Shown here: positions 20,317 through 28,775 of the stretch, one piece after another | Position numbering within the stretch: the stretch's first letter is position 1 | Layout: every line of letters starts with the position of its first letter | Origin: Candidatus Latescibacterota bacterium | GTDB lineage: Bacteria; Latescibacterota; UBA2968; UBA8231 | Direction: 5' to 3' | Assembly (NCBI GenBank): GCA_965197905.1 | Contig: CBDAOB010000004.1 | Span: 2,048,001 to 2,112,000 of the forward strand | Length of the DNA stretch: 64,000 nucleotides | Notes under the pieces: generated by a model | What the model saw: the letters and a program-made list of their open reading frames with translations, nothing else | The model's database searches: none | Told to the model about the DNA's origin: nothing | Program-made: the position numbers and the translations under genes

Positions 20317-20344
20317 TTGACACTCGTTTTTTTTGGAGTATATT
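20317..20344 (+). promoter_or_regulatory. Putative sigma70 promoter of the giant surface-protein operon
   Basis: TTGACA-16 nt (containing T8)-TATATT in an AT-rich intergenic region. Confidence 0.55.
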
Positions 20345-20590
20345 TCCATCTCCGCTGTACGAGGAGTTGGGTTAAGTGTATCCTTAATATGGTATTTGCA
20401 GGTTAATGTTGAACGTTACCACGATTGTTTTGATGGTAAAGAAAGGAGGGATGTGGCGCAGCAACTTTGAGCTTGCGAACAATTACGGGTCCCGTAGATT
20501 CTGGCAGATCTCATGGGCGAGAGTGGTAAACTAATCGCGGTGGTTTCATTTTTTAATCCAGGGGAGTTTTCCCTGAGGAGGAAATCTCAA

Positions 20591-22250
20591 ATGCTTAAGG
20601 GTGGTAGATATTTATTGCTCTTGGCCGCATTCATCGTGGGGCTGAGTATGGTAGCAGGGGTCGAGGACGCCGAGGCGGCCGAGATTACTTCGGTTACCCT
20701 ATCGACACCTTCTGATAGCGGTGCCTTGAGAGGCATCGACTCAGTCTTCGTGGCGACGGTCACCGTTTTGGACGTACTATTGCCCCCCGACAGTTTGACC
20801 GTGGTCATGTACCTCGTTACCGTAAGTTGGACGGAGGACCAGATGCGAGCCGTGGTCACGGAAAGAGCCCCGTAGGGGATGACGGTTTCGGATCAGCGAC
20901 CCAATTTCGGAGCCCAGGCCCAGATCAGACGGCACTATCGGCGCCGCGGCAACATACGAATCAACGTCTACGACGAAGCAGGCGACGATTATACGGCGAC
21001 GGGTTCGTGGCGGTACTGAAACGCCTGGGGCGGCGTCGAAGCTTTTCGTGGGCGATGCAGATTCGGTTACCTCCGCAATTACGGCTGATGGTGCGACTTT
21101 TACGTGGTACGGAAGGGTAAGCGAGCAGGTTGGTGACGGTCGGCGAGGTTCGTGTGGCAGCCTTTGCCCTCGACGGTCCCGTCGACGACTATCGACGGCC
21201 GGCGTAGCGCCGAGCTGGACGATATTTCGCCGGTTGTTATCTCTCCAGACAGCCACGCTATGAGCCTCGACGGCGACAGGCCGGACGGGGCCAGTCGCCT
21301 TCGCCAACGCCGCCTTCGTCCCCCTCCACGTGGATTGAATCAAGTTGACTACTTGGGAGGATCAACGATCCCGCTACATGTGCTGGACGATCGGCTTCCG
21401 GTACCTTAACCCTGGCGACTGACTAAGCCGACCCGCACCGTTGGATACATCCGACCATCAGCGCCATCCACAGAACTCACGGAGCCATGGTCGACGGTTT
21501 CACGGACGGCCCAAGGAAGTTCTAGGCATTGGAGATTCCGTGTCCATACGGGTAAAGATGGGCGCATCGGCCGATCGACGTTTTGCGGTCGGATTCGCTC
21601 ACAGTCGTTGCCGATCTCTTCGGGAAGGCTTTCACATTCGACAAGGGCAACCGGAGCGGAGACACCCTCCGGTTCACGTTGGAGTTGAGCGAAGGTCTAT
21701 TCGGGGCTGGCACTTTGGCCTGCTGCGCAGGCATGGACGAGGTCGTGTCGGATACCTTCGAGATCTTTTACGTCGACAAGGCCGGTAACCGGAGCGCATT
21801 CGGTCCCAATCAAATCCCGGCTGGTGTAACCGCCACAGTGGGATTCATGGTCGACACGAAGGCGCCCGTCTTGGATGGGGAGGTCGTCGACGGCGACACC
21901 ATTCTGCCGGTAAGCACGGATACGATTACTGACGGAACTCTTCGTGGACAATCTCTCCGATCTGACTATCGGCTACCCGGATGACGTCAACGCAGTTCAA
22001 TGGATTCTCGCCGAGGCTCTTGACACGCTCTTCATTACCTTTGATGGAGCGGACACAGACGTCACAATTGGCATTCCCGGTAACATCAACCCCAATGACA
22101 GCGGCAAGGAGACAATCACCGGAGACAACGCTCTATTGGCCGGTATGGCAAGAACCCTCGACTTCACCGCCTGGGCGACTTTGGCACCGACACTGAACCC
22201 GATTCACGATCAGTTGGGATTCAGCTCTTTGGTGCCGACGTTGCCGACAG
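20591..22250 (+). pseudogene. Frameshift-riddled N-terminal part of the giant secreted protein that continues to 25415
   Basis: SD GAGGAGG, signal peptide MLKGGRYLLLLAAFIVGLSMVAGVEDAEA; beta-rich, acidic, Thr/Asp-rich coding character hops between frames repeatedly until it joins ORF 22251-25415. Could be an assembly artefact. Confidence 0.6.
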
Positions 22251-25200
22251 TTGCCTACAAGGGACCCACGTGCTACACAGTCCTACACTGGATCCCTAGC
22301 CGTGTCGCCTACACTTATCGCGGCGGGCAGTACAGCGGATTCGATCGTTACGGGAATGCATACCGTCAAATTCCGCGGGAAGGATTTCGGTGGCAATCTA
22401 GGGCCAGAGCTTTCCAGAACGAACGTCTATCTGGATTTGGATGACATTGGGCTGGGCCGATTGTTCCCGTCCAAGGAGGCTTTCGGTTCAATTACCGACA
22501 CCCGTCAGGACACCATCGAAGAAGAGACCTCGAGGGTCATCTTCCAGCTGAGTGAGCCGGCAGACAGTGTGTTGATTGTCTACCAAGGCATCAGTGGCCC
22601 CGACAACGAGAAAACCAGAACCCGCCGATTGTCAGGAACCGAGCTTACCAAGACCGACGGCCAACAAACCTTCGAGATCGACTCGCTTGCCAATGGCACG
22701 GAATACGTCCTGTCAGTGTTGGCGCGCGATCTGGCTGGCAACTTCGTGCGCTCACGCGCAGACACATTCCTGTACGACACCAGTTTCGTGGTGCCGATTA
22801 TCCAGCGTTTTACCATTGCTATAGAGGGCCGGGAGGCAGGACTTGACAGCCACCGCACCGCCGGCGAGCCGACAGTTCTAATTATCCAGGCGGATGCCAC
22901 CACCGATGACTCCCGCGAGGCGGTGACCTACGGGTCCGAAGCCATCCTGAAGGTTGTCGGTGGCACCGGGGTTTCGTTGACGGGCACGGGTGTCACAGAT
23001 GCAGGCGGTGGTCGCGCCACGTTGAACTCGAACGGCTGGGTGGTTGGACGCCGTACCGTTACACTCAACGACACGGCATCCATAGATACGCTAACCGTGT
23101 CTATCGTAGACTCGACTACCTCGGGTGGGCCGTTCGCCGGTGCGCTCGACTCGGTCATCGTTTACGATCCCGCTGATTTCAGCCAGATCGTAGTTGCCGC
23201 ACCTGCAACCGCTACGCAAGGCACCGCCTTCTGGGTCGGCCTCACCGTGGCAGACAAGTTTAATAACACGCGTACCATCGATGATGATCGGTACGTTACG
23301 ATTGCCGCCAACAAACTTGGTGTCGATTTGCCGGTAGGCGACATCCTCGTCAAGGAAGGCAGTGGCGGCTTCTGGGCGAATTCCACCGGATTCAGCGGTG
23401 TCGACCTCGTCTTTACTGCACGTACTCTCGTAAGCACAGAACCTGAGGAGGGGGCCCCTGACACCGGTGGCAACTTCATCGATGGTAAATCGGCCAGCGT
23501 TAACGTAGCTGCGAGTGGAACCACCACGATCGACGCACCTGACACCCTAATCGCCGCCGATTACACCGGTGCCGATGGGAGTGGTGATCAGGGTGGTTTC
23601 GTAATGTTGACCTTCGACAACTCCACCAGTCACGAAACCTTGACCGCTTACCGCGTCTGGCGCGAAGTCAGCGTCAGCTACCGCACCTCCACAGCGGCGG
23701 ATTCAACAACCTCCGCCCTCGTGGCGCTCGCCGAGCCGACGGCCGAATTCGTCCCGTGGGCCAAGGTGGATGCGGTGCCGGGTGTTAGCCTCAATAATGT
23801 CATAGTGGCGACACTGGATAATGTTGAGACCCGCTGGGCGGTTTCAGCCGAAAGTGGCCGCACAACCAGTGCATCGACGGCTGCCAAACAGGCATTCGGC
23901 GATCTCGCAACGGTCGGGGCAGCATACGACTTGATGGCTGAAACGATGGTGGAAAGCAAACAAGCTATCGTCCAGGTTGAGGGTCCGGTGTTCGCGAATC
24001 TGACACCTGAGGCGCTGGCTTATGTCGAAAAGGGAATCGCCCTTCGATTGAAGGACACGGAGAGCGCGACTCGTAGCTCGATTCGGACCTACACTGAAGG
24101 TGCCATTCGCGCGGTCGACAACATCGCTCCGGAGCCCGTGGCTTTCTTGCGGGCTCTCGATACTCCGAGTGATGCTGGTTCCAGCGTCAGTCTGCTGTGG
24201 AGCAAGTCGGAATCTGACAGAATGATGCCTCGCTTTGCGGCTGGCGCTGTGGGCAACGGCACCATTGGTGATCAGGTTGCCGGTGTGAAGGGTTACAACG
24301 TGTATCGCAAGATCGCTGACGGAGAGTTCGCCCTGGTCGGCAAGGCTGGCGCGGGCGAGACAACCTTCACCGATCTTAGTGCCTTCAACGGCATTAGGTA
24401 CACGTATGCAGTTACGCCATACGATGAGGACAATCTAGCTGACGGCGGTCTCGAGAGAACCGCCATGGCCATTCGCAACCACGTGATCGACAAGTCGGGC
24501 AAGCCGGTAATCGGCCTCTTCGGCGCTGACAGTCGCGTTGGCTTCGATGATTTCTTCATCTTCTCCGACAACTTCGGTCTCGACGCCGGAAGTCAGGATT
24601 TTGAGCCTGCTTTCGACCTGAGCCCGAACAACAAGATTGATTTCGACGACTTCTTCGTATTCGTCGATTACTTCGGTCGCAGTATCGAAGCCTCCGGCAA
24701 GGTGGTACCTCTCACTGCCGGTCGCAACAGTGAAGCAAGCCTCTACCTTGAGGCCTCAGCTGCACTGCCGAGGGTAGGCGAAGAGATGGCAATTGAGGTC
24801 GAGCTGGCTGACTTTGTCGGGGTCAAGGGTTATGGCTTCACGGTCAATTACGATGCAGAGACCCTGGAGTTCGTAAAGGTGACTTCGGAGAGAAGCTTGC
24901 TCGGAGAAACGGAATTGGCGCAACCGCGAATCATCTCGAAGACCGAAGGAACGATTTCGGTCGCCGCCTACGGACAGACGGTCGACAAGGGCGAACTGGA
25001 CATGAGCCTGATCTTCCGTTCAACGGCAGAGATTGAGGATGGACGCCTCTACTTCAGCGAGGGCGAGCTGCGAGACGGCAATTTTGCCGTCAACCAGGTG
25101 GCACGGCTGGGTGAGGTCCAAATCCAAACTCGACCCGAGGCCTTCGCGTTGGCCAACAACTACCCGAACCCGTTTAATCCGGAAACGACCATCAAGTACG

Positions 25201-25415
25201 CGCTTCCTGATCCTGTTGATGTAAGATTGGAGATTTACAACATGCTGGGTCAGCAGGTGCGCACACTTGTTGCAGAACCGCAGAACGCCGGTCGTTACAC
25301 GGTTAAGTGGGATGCTACAAACGAGAGTGGACATTCACTCTCGACCGGAATTTACTTCTACCGCTTGGTAGCTGGCGAGTTCCACAAGGTCGAGAAGATG
25401 CTACTCTTGAAGTAG
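22251..25415 (+). CDS. Giant secreted surface protein: Ig/FN3-like domains, dockerin-like double EF-hand, cohesin-like domain, FlgD-Ig/T9SS-like C-terminal tail
   Basis: GFDDFFIFSDNFG...FDLSPNNKIDFDDFFVFVDYFG; VKGYGFTVNYDAETLEFV; FALANNYPNPFNPETTIKYALP...GIYFYRL...KMLLLK. Confidence 0.8.
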   Translation: MPTRDPRATQSYTGSLAVSPTLIAAGSTADSIVTGMHTVKFRGKDFGGNLGPELSRTNVYLDLDDIGLGRLFPSKEAFGSITDTRQDTIEEETSRVIFQLSEPADSVLIVYQGISGPDNEKTRTRRLSGTELTKTDGQQTFEIDSLANGTEYVLSVLARDLAGNFVRSRADTFLYDTSFVVPIIQRFTIAIEGREAGLDSHRTAGEPTVLIIQADATTDDSREAVTYGSEAILKVVGGTGVSLTGTGVTDAGGGRATLNSNGWVVGRRTVTLNDTASIDTLTVSIVDSTTSGGPFAGALDSVIVYDPADFSQIVVAAPATATQGTAFWVGLTVADKFNNTRTIDDDRYVTIAANKLGVDLPVGDILVKEGSGGFWANSTGFSGVDLVFTARTLVSTEPEEGAPDTGGNFIDGKSASVNVAASGTTTIDAPDTLIAADYTGADGSGDQGGFVMLTFDNSTSHETLTAYRVWREVSVSYRTSTAADSTTSALVALAEPTAEFVPWAKVDAVPGVSLNNVIVATLDNVETRWAVSAESGRTTSASTAAKQAFGDLATVGAAYDLMAETMVESKQAIVQVEGPVFANLTPEALAYVEKGIALRLKDTESATRSSIRTYTEGAIRAVDNIAPEPVAFLRALDTPSDAGSSVSLLWSKSESDRMMPRFAAGAVGNGTIGDQVAGVKGYNVYRKIADGEFALVGKAGAGETTFTDLSAFNGIRYTYAVTPYDEDNLADGGLERTAMAIRNHVIDKSGKPVIGLFGADSRVGFDDFFIFSDNFGLDAGSQDFEPAFDLSPNNKIDFDDFFVFVDYFGRSIEASGKVVPLTAGRNSEASLYLEASAALPRVGEEMAIEVELADFVGVKGYGFTVNYDAETLEFVKVTSERSLLGETELAQPRIISKTEGTISVAAYGQTVDKGELDMSLIFRSTAEIEDGRLYFSEGELRDGNFAVNQVARLGEVQIQTRPEAFALANNYPNPFNPETTIKYALPDPVDVRLEIYNMLGQQVRTLVAEPQNAGRYTVKWDATNESGHSLSTGIYFYRLVAGEFHKVEKMLLLK

Positions 25416-25435
25416 CAGCATAGAGTCATTGTCGA

Positions 25436-25473
25436 TGAGATGGGGCTCCTCTGAATCAGGGGGCTCCATCTCA
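25436..25473 (+). promoter_or_regulatory. Long intergenic stem-loop without U-tract
   Basis: TGAGATGGGGCTCCTCTGA pairs imperfectly with TCAGGGGGCTCCATCTCA between the two surface-protein genes. Confidence 0.6.
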
Positions 25474-25531
25474 CTATTATCCCAATGACGTTTCACATTT
25501 CAGGCCAAATCAAAGAGAGGAGTTACAGCTG

Positions 25532-27100
25532 ATGCGTAACCGCGTGAGTAGATTCGCGCTGCTTGCCATCGCTTTGGTTTTCGCAGTGGGAAGCACTGCT
25601 TTTGGCGGCGAAAACGCAGATGCAGTGGTCACTCTTACCAGTTCGAGCGAAGTGTCCGCCGGGCCTGGTGATACGATATCGGTCGCTCTATCAGCTTCGG
25701 GTATGGTGGCTGTCAAGCAGATTGATTGGACAGTACAGGTATCCTCTGCAGACGCATTCGATTTTACCGTATACACTGAGGATAACGGAGGATTCTCCCC
25801 GGACACTGGTGAATCGGTGCTAGTCGACGAACCGGTTGGGCTTTTTGGGGCTAATTTCACTGGTCCTGAATTTCCCGACGGAATCGACGGTGATAAGGTT
25901 AAAGTCGCGTTCGCGCAGTTGGGCGGAAGCGAACTGAGCGGTGAGAGATCGTTAGGCGAGCTTAGGCTCGTAACAAGCAGTAGCTTCACGAGCGACACCG
26001 AAGTCACATTGACCGTCTCCGAGGTCACCCTAGGGCAGAGCGCCAATGAGCAGGACGTTTTCGTCGCCGACGACCTTGGAATAACCGTTACGGTCAATCC
26101 GCCTGCACCGCCGGTAACCGAGCCGACGCTGACCGCAACTTCAGACACGGATGTCAGCCTCGACTACGGCGATACGGCAACCTTCTCCGTGGCATTTACG
26201 GATGCATCGGGAGACGGCGCTTCCGGACAGGCCATAACCTGGAGCATTAGCAACAACGGCTCCGAGTCTGTCACATTAGGCGACGGAACCGAAATCGCAG
26301 CCGGCAATGACATTACGGCCGAGAGCGAGACAGACTCTGACGGAGACGCCAGCGTAAGTATTTCCTCGGACGCTGATAGGGACGCGGGTACCACGAGCAT
26401 TTCGGTCGAAGCCAGCACCTCGGCAAACAACTCCGAGGGTACCTCGCGTGACTTAGAGGTCGGATTCAGCGCTACTTGGGATGTGCCCGTTCCAGCTGAG
26501 TTGGCTTCCTTTGCAGCTGAGGTTAGTTTCGACAACGAAGTGACCCTTCATTGGGGCGTCGCTTCACAGTCGAACAATGTGGGTTGGGAAGTCTATCGGA
26601 GCGTGGATCAAGCCCAGTTCCATCAAATTGGCGAGCTCATTCCAGGCGATGGAACGACGGATCAGTTCAGAACGTATTCGTTCGAAGATGCTGATCTTCC
26701 CGATGCGTCCAAGGTTTACTACTATCTGCGGCAGATCGACCTCGACGGTAGCACCGCACGATCGGAAGTCATCGAGGTCTCGATCAGCTCGACGCTCATA
26801 AATCAGCAGATATTGCCGTTGGCGAACGAGTTGCGTCAGAACTTTCCGAACCCGTTCAATCCTGAGACTACGATATCTTTCGACCTAGATGACCATGCCA
26901 TCGTGAGTCTTCGCATTTACGATGTAACCGGCCAACTGGTCAGAGAGTTGATCAGCGAGGAGAATTTCGCTGCCGGCAGGTATGAACGACTTTGGGATGG
27001 ACGAGACAACACGGGCGCTACCGTGGGAAGTGGACTTTATCTTTACCGCATACAGTCGGAAAAGTTCACGGCGATGAGGAAGATGGTGCTACTGAAGTAA
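25532..27100 (+). CDS. Secreted acidic protein: cohesin-like N-domain, Ig-like domain, PVEL-SF-type module, FlgD-Ig/T9SS-like tail
   Basis: Signal peptide; GPGDTISVALSASG...LGELRLVTSSSF; VPAELASFAA...YYYLRQIDLDG; QNFPNPFNPETTISF...GLYLYRI...KMVLLK. Confidence 0.8.
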   Translation: MRNRVSRFALLAIALVFAVGSTAFGGENADAVVTLTSSSEVSAGPGDTISVALSASGMVAVKQIDWTVQVSSADAFDFTVYTEDNGGFSPDTGESVLVDEPVGLFGANFTGPEFPDGIDGDKVKVAFAQLGGSELSGERSLGELRLVTSSSFTSDTEVTLTVSEVTLGQSANEQDVFVADDLGITVTVNPPAPPVTEPTLTATSDTDVSLDYGDTATFSVAFTDASGDGASGQAITWSISNNGSESVTLGDGTEIAAGNDITAESETDSDGDASVSISSDADRDAGTTSISVEASTSANNSEGTSRDLEVGFSATWDVPVPAELASFAAEVSFDNEVTLHWGVASQSNNVGWEVYRSVDQAQFHQIGELIPGDGTTDQFRTYSFEDADLPDASKVYYYLRQIDLDGSTARSEVIEVSISSTLINQQILPLANELRQNFPNPFNPETTISFDLDDHAIVSLRIYDVTGQLVRELISEENFAAGRYERLWDGRDNTGATVGSGLYLYRIQSEKFTAMRKMVLLK

Positions 27101-27127
27101 GTTTGTTGGATATAACAGAAGGTTGCT

Positions 27128-27163
27128 GGGGCCGTTGATTCGTCAACGGCCCCTTCTTTTTTT
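27128..27163 (+). terminator. Rho-independent terminator
   Basis: GGGGCCGTTGA-TTCG-TCAACGGCCCC followed by a T-rich tract. Confidence 0.9.
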
Positions 27164-27186
27164 GTCAGAAGGCACCGAAACCGTAT

Positions 27187-27450
27187 ATGAACCTCCAGCT
27201 GTTATATTTCGCCCAGCTCCGGGAGAAGATAGGGGCCAGGGAAGACCATTTGGAACTGCCCCTAGGATCCTCGGTCAGTGACCTGCGGCAGCACTTGCTC
27301 GAATTATATCCCCAGATGAAGAACACTCTAGATGGGGTTGCGATCGCAGTCAACTTGGAGTACGCGGAAGATGAACGCATATTGTCAGAAGGTGATTCGG
27401 TGGCGCTGATTCCGCCTGTTTCCGGAGGTCGCCATGATAAAGATAGTTGA
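27187..27450 (+). CDS. moaD: Molybdopterin synthase sulfur carrier with a 6-aa extension after Gly-Gly
   Basis: LYFAQLREKIG, IAVNLEY, EGDSVALIPPVSGG-RHDKDS. Confidence 0.9.
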   Translation: MNLQLLYFAQLREKIGAREDHLELPLGSSVSDLRQHLLELYPQMKNTLDGVAIAVNLEYAEDERILSEGDSVALIPPVSGGRHDKDS

Positions 27451-27865
27451 AGATCCAATTAGACCGGAAGAGCTGTTCGGAACCGTTTTATCTGAAGATG
27501 ACGGTGCCATAGTGAGCTTTAGTGGCGTGGTCCGTAACCAAACTAACGGCAAGCGAACGAATCATCTGGTCTATGAGGCATACCCTGAGATGGCTGAGGC
27601 CAAAATGGTGCAGATTTCTACTGAAGCGAGCAAACAATGGCAATTGGACCAGGTTGCCATTCTTCATCGCATCGGAAGGTTAGAGGTCGGCGAAATCAGT
27701 GTGTTGATCGCGGTGTCGAGTCCGCATCGCCGGGAGGCATTCGCCGCATGTCAGTACGTGATTGACCGCCTCAAAGAAGTAGTTCCGATCTGGAAGAAAG
27801 AGGTTGGAGACGATGGCGAGTTTTGGGTTGAAGGACCGGATCATGCCTCCGCCACTACTTCATGA
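27434..27865 (+). CDS. moaE: Molybdopterin synthase catalytic subunit
   Basis: GAIVSFSGVVRN, YEAYPEMA, HRIGRL, SPHRREAF, LKEVVPIWKKE. Confidence 0.95.
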   Translation: MIKIVEDPIRPEELFGTVLSEDDGAIVSFSGVVRNQTNGKRTNHLVYEAYPEMAEAKMVQISTEASKQWQLDQVAILHRIGRLEVGEISVLIAVSSPHRREAFAACQYVIDRLKEVVPIWKKEVGDDGEFWVEGPDHASATTS

Positions 27866-28365
27866 CCGTCGAAAATTTCAGTTGGGTGATACAGGGAGTT
27901 TTGGCCGGTTCAGGACAGGTTTTCGGAAATGACTGGAGGTACAGCCCGAGCGTCATCGAAACGAAGGGGGATCTCGAACAGATCCACGATGAAGGGATAA
28001 GGGCGGTTGTATCGCTAACTACGATTCCGCTTGACTCTGAGGGGCTTACGAAATGCGATATTCAATATCTCCACTTACCCGTCATGGACATGCAAGCCCC
28101 AACGTTGGAGGTGATCGAGCGTTTCGTGGAATTTGTGAACTGCTCTCGGAAGGCTGAGCGTCCAGTTCTGGTTCATTGTGGGGCCGGGTTGGGCAGGACC
28201 GGAACTGCAATTGCCTGCTATCTCGTGTCTGAGGGGGCGAGCGGTCCAGAAGCCCTGGAAAAGGTCCGTTCGATGCGTCCTGGTTCGGTGGAAACCATTG
28301 AACAGGAAGCTCTTATTCATAGGTACCATCGACACCTCGATCAGAAGAAAGACCGTAATCCCTAG
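27862..28365 (+). CDS. Dual-specificity protein phosphatase (Cdc14/DUSP23-like)
   Basis: NFSWVI..LAGS, HLPVMDMQAP, active site VHCGAGLGRTG, RPGSVET.EQ. Confidence 0.88.
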   Translation: MTVENFSWVIQGVLAGSGQVFGNDWRYSPSVIETKGDLEQIHDEGIRAVVSLTTIPLDSEGLTKCDIQYLHLPVMDMQAPTLEVIERFVEFVNCSRKAERPVLVHCGAGLGRTGTAIACYLVSEGASGPEALEKVRSMRPGSVETIEQEALIHRYHRHLDQKKDRNP

Positions 28366-28380
28366 GCATCCCCATCCGAG

Positions 28381-28409
28381 TTGACAGTGAAAGTTCAGCT
28401 GGCTAAATT
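28381..28409 (+). promoter_or_regulatory. Putative sigma70 promoter
   Basis: TTGACA-17 nt-TAAATT. Confidence 0.6.
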
Positions 28410-28499
28410 GGGGCAACCTGCGGTTCTTTGACGGTAGGTGAGACTGGTCGTCCACGGTTTCCCCGTGGTCGGTCCATAAAATAGGGACGGGAGGTCAAA

Positions 28500-28694
28500 A
28501 TGGAACTAAACAATCTACCAACATGTCTGGCATGCACGAAGGCGGTTCTAGTCCCCCTCTCGGACTATGGCCGGGACGGGGCCGCGATTCACTTCAAAGC
28601 CTGGGCTTGTACCAATCCTGAGTGCGGGTTTCACATGCGCATAGACAATGGCGAGCTTAGTATTGGCCGAGAAATCAAGGAATCTTATAAGTAA
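28500..28694 (+). CDS. Small zinc-ribbon-like protein (CxxC...CxxxxC)
   Basis: CLAC...WACTNPECGF; SD GGGAGG; flanked by its own promoter and terminator. Confidence 0.8.
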   Translation: MELNNLPTCLACTKAVLVPLSDYGRDGAAIHFKAWACTNPECGFHMRIDNGELSIGREIKESYK

Positions 28695-28734
28695 GACTAG
28701 TAGCTTTCGCCCCAACACAATCTCGTCCTCAACT

Positions 28735-28757
28735 GGCTCCAGTAGGGAGCCTTTTTT
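28735..28757 (+). terminator. Rho-independent terminator
   Basis: GGCTCC-AGTAG-GGAGCC followed by T6. Confidence 0.7.
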
Positions 28758-28775
28758 ATCTTTTGCCTCGAATAA

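Noticed and set aside
20451..20534. 27-aa uORF (MWRSNFELANNYGSRRFWQISWARVVN) after AAAGGAGGG
   Set aside because: The SD abuts the ATG with no spacing and no attenuator structure is visible; cannot be supported.
20820..22260. Diversity-generating retroelement or invertible cassette as the cause of the scrambled region
   Set aside because: No reverse transcriptase, recombinase, template repeat or flanking inverted repeats seen in the window, and the changes are indels.
27862..28365. Phosphatase as the arginine phosphatase partner of McsB
   Set aside because: It has a DSP-type HCxxGxxR site mid-protein, whereas YwlE is an LMW-PTP with an N-terminal CX5R; it is also 14 kb away.
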